NCBI GenBank assembly: GCA_951406725.2
Contig: OX597823.1
Span: 84,754,001 to 84,818,000 of the forward strand
Length of the DNA stretch: 64,000 nucleotides
Direction: 5' to 3'
Source: Octopus vulgaris
Taxonomy: Eukaryota
Below the pieces are notes generated by a model, which made no database searches, was not told the DNA's origin, and saw nothing but the letters and a program-made list of their open reading frames with translations. This document shows, one piece after another, positions 55,976 through 64,000 of the stretch (position 1 is the stretch's first letter; every line of letters starts with the position of its first letter). The translations under genes and the position numbers were made by a program.

Positions 55976-56950
55976 CATTATTATTATTAATATGAGGCGG
56001 CGAGCTGGCAGAATCTTTACCACGCTGGGTAAAATGCTTTGCGACATTTCTTCTGTCTTTACGTCCTGAGTTCAAATTCCGCCGCGGCCGACTTTGCCTT
56101 TCATTCTTTCGGGGTCGACAAAAATAAGTACCCTCCGAAATTGCTGCCCTTATGGCAAAATTTGAAACCATTATTATTATTGAGTGTGAGAACTGTGCAA
56201 GCCATCAAAGGGAGACTGGGGTAAAATACACGAAGCCCAGTATATCCATCATGACTGCCCGTCTAGGTACACTAGACACATGTATCACAACTATATGTGC
56301 TCGAAACGGTGATCCCATATCAAGATAAACAGCGCATGACCTCGCAGGTGAGGCTTAGAATTTTCTTCCCGCTCAAAAGGTCCCTGAATAAGGGCTGTTT
56401 GAGAATTTTACCCCTCGGTTCCAAAAGCGTATTATCCAAACCTCAAAGAAGTCCTCTCAGCACATGGATATGATGCTCCCCCACTACTTCTACTCGTGAT
56501 CAGTGATGCACATATTGTCAGCCACCAAGAGACATGCTCAACTGGTTAAGGTCAAACAACTGACAAGCAAAATGTGATATCGAGAAGCATATTTGCTGTA
56601 GCCCATCTTTTATACCAAGGTAAAACAATGTATATGATAACACTTCCGATCAGTTAAGATCAACATCCATGAAAGCCACTGCTTGGTGCTGCATCAGGGC
56701 ATTTTATTATTATTATTATTATTCCGCTAAGAAGGCGGCGAGCTGACAAATTCATCAGCACGCTAGACAAAGTGCTGAGTGGTATTTCGTCCGTCTTTGC
56801 GTTCTGAGTTCAAATTCCACTGCACACATCTTGCCTTTCATCCTTTCGAGGTCGATAAAATAAGTACCAGTTGTGTACTTGGCTTAATCTAATCAACTTA
56901 ACTCTCTACTTCAAAATTGCTGGCCGTGTGCCAAATGTTGAAACCATTAT
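55678..56950 (+). mobile_element. Three family C SINEs separated by (TAT)n tracts and an unclassified ~520-bp insert (56182-56701)
   Basis: Heads AGG.GG.GAGCT at ~55678, ~55995 and ~56733. Confidence 0.7.
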
Positions 56951-57167
56951 TTCTATGATCGTCTAAAAAGACAGTATATCTACGACATTTCACCTATGTA
57001 CATGCACAGACTATTTAGAACTACATTAACCTTGGTGTTCCAACTTTTATTCAGCTGTTAGAATATAACTTGAGGGTGATATCACCCATGGCCTTCATGC
57101 ATTTTCCCGTGTGTTGGGTCCCTTCACATTAGAAAAAGTGGATAGATAGACATTTTATTTTTATTAG

Positions 57168-57783
57168 TCCGGGCGTGGCTGTGTAGTAAGAAGTTTAGTT
57201 TCCAGCCACATGGTTCTAGGTTCAATCTCCCTGCGCTGCACCTTAGGCAAATATCCTCTACTATTGCCTTGGGTTGACCAAAGTCTTGTGAATAGATTTC
57301 GTAGAAGGAAGCTGAAAGAAGCCCATCGTATAGATGTGTATATGTATATATTTGTGTACTTGTGTTTGTCCCCCACCTCAATATCGCTTGCCAACGAATG
57401 TTGGTGTGTTTACGTCCCTGTGACTTAGCGGTTCGGCAAGGCGACTGATAGAATAAGTACTAGGCTAAGGCAGCGAGCTGGTAGAAACGTTTGTACGCCG
57501 GGCGACATGATTAGCCGTATTTCGTCTGTCTTTACGTTCTAAGTTCAAGTTCCGCCGAGGTCAACTTTGCCTTTCATCCTTTCGGGGCCTATAAGTTAAG
57601 CACTAGTTTCGTACTAGAGTCGATCTATTCAACTGGCCCTCACCTCCCCCAAAATTTCGGGCCTTGTGCCTAGAGTAGAAAAGAATAAGTATTAAGCTTA
57701 CAAAGAATAAGTCCTGAGGTTGATTTGTTCGACTAAAACCCCCTAATGGGCGTTATCAAATGAGTGAATCAAATAAAAGAATA
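57168..57783 (+). mobile_element. SINE family B with nested family C (57467-57681)
   Basis: ~17-bp TSD AGAATAAGTACTAGGCT / AGAATAAGTATTAAGCT. Confidence 0.85.
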
Positions 57784-58568
57784 TGATGTAATTTGAAATA
57801 GACTTGGTTACTATTTCCAGCAGAACAAATGAACTCTTACAGGCTCTCTTAATGACTTACATCAGCGGTTTAGTGGTTGCTGCTGCTGTTAAATTCTAAG
57901 TCAGCTCAATCGAACCGACGTGCGATCTAACATGATATAACGTGGGCCAGCTCTAGCCATCTCATATATGTTTTCCTATCTGAAAAGAACCCACGACCAC
58001 TTTATCCAACGTTTCAAAATGGTCGAGTGCAAAGAGAGGGAGAAATATGGCGGTTGCTGTTACTACCAGGTCAAATGACCTGTTCGGAGCTCTCTCATTG
58101 GTCCATTTCATTTAATGCTTAACATAACGGTGTTTGTTTCTCTTTATAATACCACCAACAATAAGATAAGCTGCCAAATCATTTAACACCGAACAAATTG
58201 TTATTATTACGTTTTCTCATTTATTATATCTATTATATTGTATTATATCTTATTTTTTCTTAGGCACAATAAATTCTTCAGCTGGGGTCATAGATTGACC
58301 TTCTTTATAGTTTAATGCCATAGTTTAATCCCTTATTTGTTTTGTTCCTTTGTTTCTTTTTCTATGGTGTTTATTATGTTTGTTTGTTACAATCCGTTGT
58401 TACTGCGGTTTTTATTTGTTTGCTTTTCTTGTTTTCATATTTATAAATTCCATTGTCGGGTAATTAATTTTATATTTCTTTCTGGAATTTCTTTCCTCGC
58501 ATATTAGCACTCATATACTCATATGTACGTATTTATATAAATATGAATATAAATATGAATATAAATAA

Positions 58569-58629
<61 letters not shown>

Positions 58630-58691
58630 CACATATATATACATATATGCATGTATATGTGTATATATGTGTCTATTTGTATGTATGTATG

Positions 58692-58728
<37 letters not shown>

Positions 58729-59137
58729 ATACATACATACGTACGATATACATGTATACGTAATTGCCACACAAGCATTGTCATACACATGCAAATACAC
58801 GTATAAATTCTTACATATTAGTACTGATATATATGTATGCACATATATACACTAACTGACATACACGTATGCATTTTTCATTTGTACTTACGTTACGTAC
58901 ATACGTTCTTAATTATGCGTATATACACACACTTCATGCACTCACGAGTCCCAAGCACATATACATACATGTACAGACATACATTTATATATACTTATGT
59001 ATGCATATGCATACGCTTCCATACATACGTATATATGTACGTAAAGACCGATATGTATATATGCATACATAATTATATATAAATGTATGTCTATACATGT
59101 ATGTATATATATATATATACTGGCGCAGAAGTAGCCA

Positions 59138-59690
59138 TAGGCACAGGAGTATCTGTGTGGTAAGTAGCTTGCTTACTGACCCACATGGTTCTGGGTTCAG
59201 TCCTACTGCGTGGCACTTTGGGCAAGTGTTTTCTACTACAACCTCGGACCGCCCAAAGACTTGTGAGAGGGTTTGGTAGGAGGAATCTCAGAGAAGCTCA
59301 TCGTATATATATATATATATATATAAATTCAAATTATGATGAAAAGAAACAGACAAACGAAGTTTGCTTTAGAAGCATTGAGATGTCTTAGAAAGTTAGT
59401 GATTTTAAATTATCAAACGCAGAATAAAGCTAATAATATAGCTTGAACAGGATAAACTACTCCTATTTTGCAGAAAAAAGTGTTGGCAACCAGTCTCGTA
59501 GCTGGCTGCAAAATAGGGGGAGTTTTTTTTACTTGTTCAGGCTGTCGCTGTAACATAGAGGTTCAGTAAATGCTATTGATAGAATAAGTACTGGGCTTAC
59601 AAAAGAATTACTCCTGGGGTCGATTTATTACCCTAAAGGCGGTGCTCCAGCATGGCTACAGTCAAATGACTGAAACAACAGAATAAAGGA
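59138..59690 (+). mobile_element. SINE family B head (59138-59305) and tail (~59550-59690) pieces
   Basis: AGGCACAGGAGT..CTGTGTGGTAAG head and GGTGCTCCAGCATGGC..CAGTCAAATGACTGAAAC tail. Confidence 0.7.
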
Positions 59691-60329
59691 ATACATACAT
59701 ACATACATACATACATACATACATACATACATACATACATACATACATACATACATACATACATACCTATATACATACACACACACACACATATATATAA
59801 ATAGATAAGCACATACATATATGCTCAGAAGCGTATATGCCCATTCAAATACATTTATATACGTATATGTATGTACATATATTCACTTATGCATACATGA
59901 AATTCTGTTAACGTCTCAGATAGAAACTCATATATATATGTATGAAAGTATCCATGTAGATGAGCGAGCTCACGCGTGAACAGAGTGCAGCCATATACGA
60001 GAAACACATAGGCAGGTATCCATTTCCGCAGACACACATATCGCATGTGGACATGCACAGATAATCACGTACACATTGACCCAAGTAGACAAACATACAC
60101 ATCCATATCTATTTGTCTGTCTATCAGCCAATCCCCCTGTATATTTCTTTATCTTTCTCCCTATCTCTCTTTGTATCAATCTCTCTCTCTCTCTCAGTAT
60201 CTATCTACTTAGTTATCTTTCTATCTATATATATAGATAGATATAAACATACGTATATACACATATATTACATATATTTATATAAACATATATATACACA
60301 TACATATCAATACACACACACACACACTC

Positions 60330-60456
<127 letters not shown>

Positions 60457-60605
60457 GGTAAACAGTAAAAATAATTACAGACATGGACAAGAACATGAAA
60501 CGCCACAGAGACGACACAAGAACCACAGGACGGGACATTCGAAGCCCTCAGTCATCAGTCAAGAACCAGATCATCTTAGCAATGTGTGTGTGTGTGTGTG
60601 TTTTT

Positions 60606-60636
<31 letters not shown>

Positions 60637-60850
60637 CATATATATGTATGTATATATATATTTATGTGTGTATATATATGTATGTATATATATATTTATG
60701 TGTGTATATATATATATATATAGAGAGAGAGGAAGCGAAAAGGAAAGAGAGAGAGAGAGAGTTGTAGAGAAACAGATGGATACATCTACATACATTTGAA
60801 CGCACTTTCACAAAAGCCCACACACCTACACACATGCATGTATATGAATA

Positions 60851-60927
<77 letters not shown>

Positions 60928-61320
60928 ATATGTACTCCACGGTTCTTTTTCATTTTACTTTCTCCGTCACTTCACTGTATTTTGATATCTGTTTCATTTC
61001 CTATCTCTCCTTCTCTCTCTCTCTCTCTCTCTCTTTCTCTTTCTCTTTCGCTCTTTTCTTTTGTTTAAGTATTTCTTTGACTCTATCTCCTAGATTATCC
61101 CTTCTATCTTCTTCACTCACCCATCTAACTCTCTGTTGCGTACATTCTGTCTGTCTCCTTCTCTGTGTTTCTCTCTCTCTCTCTCTCTCTCTGTCTTTCT
61201 CTTCCCTCTCTTTTTTTTTTTTCGTTTTTCTCCAACACCCACCATTTTACTTAATTATTAACAATCATTTCTTAGATGTTGATTGGCGTGAATACCCGCC
61301 TAGATCATAAACGGCTTTTG

Positions 61321-61510
<190 letters not shown>

Positions 61511-62357
61511 TCTTTTCAGCTTTAGTAAGCAGATCAATATAGCAAAACAAAAAAAAAAAACAACGCGAAAAAAGCAAAACAGAGAAAACGAAAAGAACGA
61601 ACGGTTGAGAGAGCAACTGAGCGAGTGAGCTCTCTCTCTCGAGAGAGAAATAGAAAGCGAGATAGATACAGATATACACAGAATATATTATAAAAGGAGA
61701 GATAAAAAGAGAGAGAAAGTGGCTGAGAAGAGGCTGGATGAACAAATAATACAAAAGATTTCGTTGGTGATTGTAACTATAGAATAGCTTTAATGATATT
61801 AACACGTTGGTGTTAATATCGTGTTTACATCAGATTGCTTTTGTTACTATGTGACAAATTTGATAATTTAGCTATTTAAGTTGAACAGCTCAGCTATTCA
61901 GGATGATTCATAGTTATCTACCGACCACAACCCCATTCACCACCACCATGAACAATCATGAAGAATAAAATTAAAAACAAAATAAGAAAACACGAACAAA
62001 AATGAACAAAAAAAGCACGCAATGTATATATATATGTATTGATAAGTAAATATACAATAAAAGGGAGATTATTAGATAAGTAAATATATAAATAAAAGGG
62101 AGATAAATCAAATCATAAAAAAATATGATATGAGTATGTAACAAATAAAAAAAATAAATGAATAAATAAAAGAAAGTAATAATATTAATAAATATGAAAG
62201 ATAAAGAATAGGACACGGTAAATAGATTAAGGAAGATAATTATATAATTAATACCCTAATAGAGAGCAAATTTTAGATTTCAACAATGAATATCTTTAAA
62301 GTTGTTAGTCTTTATTTCGCTTGAGTTGTTGCTGCCGGTGTTGTTGTTGTTAATTGA

Positions 62358-62358
62358 T

Positions 62359-62397
<39 letters not shown>

Positions 62398-62434
62398 GTT
62401 GTCGTCGTCGTCGTCATCGGTTCCACTTTTATCC

Positions 62435-62522
<88 letters not shown>

Positions 62523-62560
62523 CATTATTATCATTATTATTTTAATCATTATTATCACTA
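62358..62560. repeat. (CAT)n-(CGT)n-(TAT)n microsatellite
   Basis: Directly visible. Confidence 0.95.
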
Positions 62561-64000
62561 TTGCTATTATTAATGGATTGCAGAATGGGAACGTGTCTGG
62601 TAATATATCCTGCGGTATCTGACCTAGCTCCATCTCGTTGTCAGTTCGATACGGTCTTTCATTTTCGGTGGGTCGATGTCTATAGAATAAGTACTAGTCA
62701 AATACTCGGGTTATTTCATTCGACTACGTAACGTAGCTCGGGTTATCAATGGCCTGAGTCGGGTGGAGGACTGGGCAATGACAATTTTAGCGACCCTTCA
62801 TCTACATCACACATTAATTAAGAAGCCAAATAAACTAGATGAAATTTTACGCCTCATGCGGCTTTTCCTTTCTGCTTCTTCGTACATCTCTAAATCGACT
62901 AAACTCTTTCTCACAATTTGTGTCCAGCTAAATCTTCTCTGTGGCATTTGCCTCTTGTTATAAGAAGCTTGTTTCACAACCACATGCTTCCGGTTTTTGT
63001 CCCACAATAAAAATATAAAAAGTAATTGTCAGAGTTTGATCGGAACGTTAATGCGTCAAATAAAACATGTGAAACGAATTTTAATGGAGGGTTTCAGTTA
63101 CGTGCAAAAGTTTCAGAAACCTATTCAAGCGGTTTCGACTATATGAGAAGTATTGATAGGATTCATAGGATAAACTAGCGTGGAATTGAACAGATTGTAC
63201 TAGAAAATGCAGACTCGTACGTTGTTGATATATTAGGTAGCGTGATGTGTCGGTTATTACTGCACGGTCTACGCTTGATCCAAGACAGCCGTTCGGTCAA
63301 ATCGCGCTGACGTGCAGAAACACGTATCGGACGGATAACGATCGAAAAATATTTACCGCCATTGCTGTCCAGGATCTTTACTGATGTACCAGCTTCAGCG
63401 CGTACGCGCACATCGTTTGTGGTACAGGAAGAAGTAGACGAGGGTTTAAGTGAAACAGAAAATGTCTGTACTTAATCATGCCACTTCTGCTCAACTCGCG
63501 AGGTCGTGGTTCCATTCCTGGAGCAGGCAGTACGTTGTGTTATACTGCAAAACACATCATCCCACGTTGCTATGCGATCACTTCGATACTTGACGAATGA
63601 TACGCCGTGTACCTGTCCAAGCAATGTCGATTTGATGGAGGGAGTGAGCTAACATACCCACATACCTTTGATCACTATTAACAAATCATTTGTGCAGATT
63701 TTTCTAGGACTACAAGAAACTACCATCATCATTACTTATCAATGTCATTCGATAATAACAAAAGTCTTTATATTCTATAAAGAAACCAGTGACAAAAATC
63801 TTCCTTCTTTCTTTCCTTCCTTCCTTCCTTCCTTCCTGTCTTCCTTCCTTCCTTCTTTCATTCCTATATTTCTTTCTTCCTCTCTCTCTCTCCGTTTGCT
63901 ACGCCTACACGTGTTTCTGTTCATGAACCTTCGTATCCTACACCCAATGTTCATACCTTTTGGGGGGAAAGTCACAGAAATGATTCTCTCGTTGACTTCA

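Overview
AT-rich animal non-coding DNA packed with microsatellites ((TA)n, (CA)n, (CT)n, (TATC)n, (TATG)n, (AAT)n, (GAT)n) and interspersed repeats. The tRNA-derived SINE families and repeat landscape resemble an octopus/coleoid cephalopod genome (inference, not verified). I found no convincing host protein-coding exon, and almost all ORFs in the track are microsatellite translations. Recognisable content: pogo and mariner DNA-transposon remnants, two non-autonomous Helitrons, two RLE-type (R4/Dong-like) LINE 3' fragments ending in (CATA)n, four SINE families in many nested and tandem copies, a fold-back MITE, and a minisatellite derived from a SINE. The dominant structure is an ~8 kb palindromic locus (29130-37200). 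It consists of a 5'-truncated Penelope-like (Naiad-like) retroelement (RT YRDD motif plus GIY-YIG endonuclease), an ~3.4 kb microsatellite-mosaic 3' region ending in an intact-looking hammerhead ribozyme, a 221-bp hairpin at the 5' break, and an ~3.25 kb inverted copy of the 3' region carrying a second hammerhead on the opposite strand. Further hammerhead-like motifs are scattered elsewhere. A separate ~800-bp inverted duplication has been pasted into a SINE head with microhomology at both junctions. Coordinates were read by eye and may be off by a few bases.
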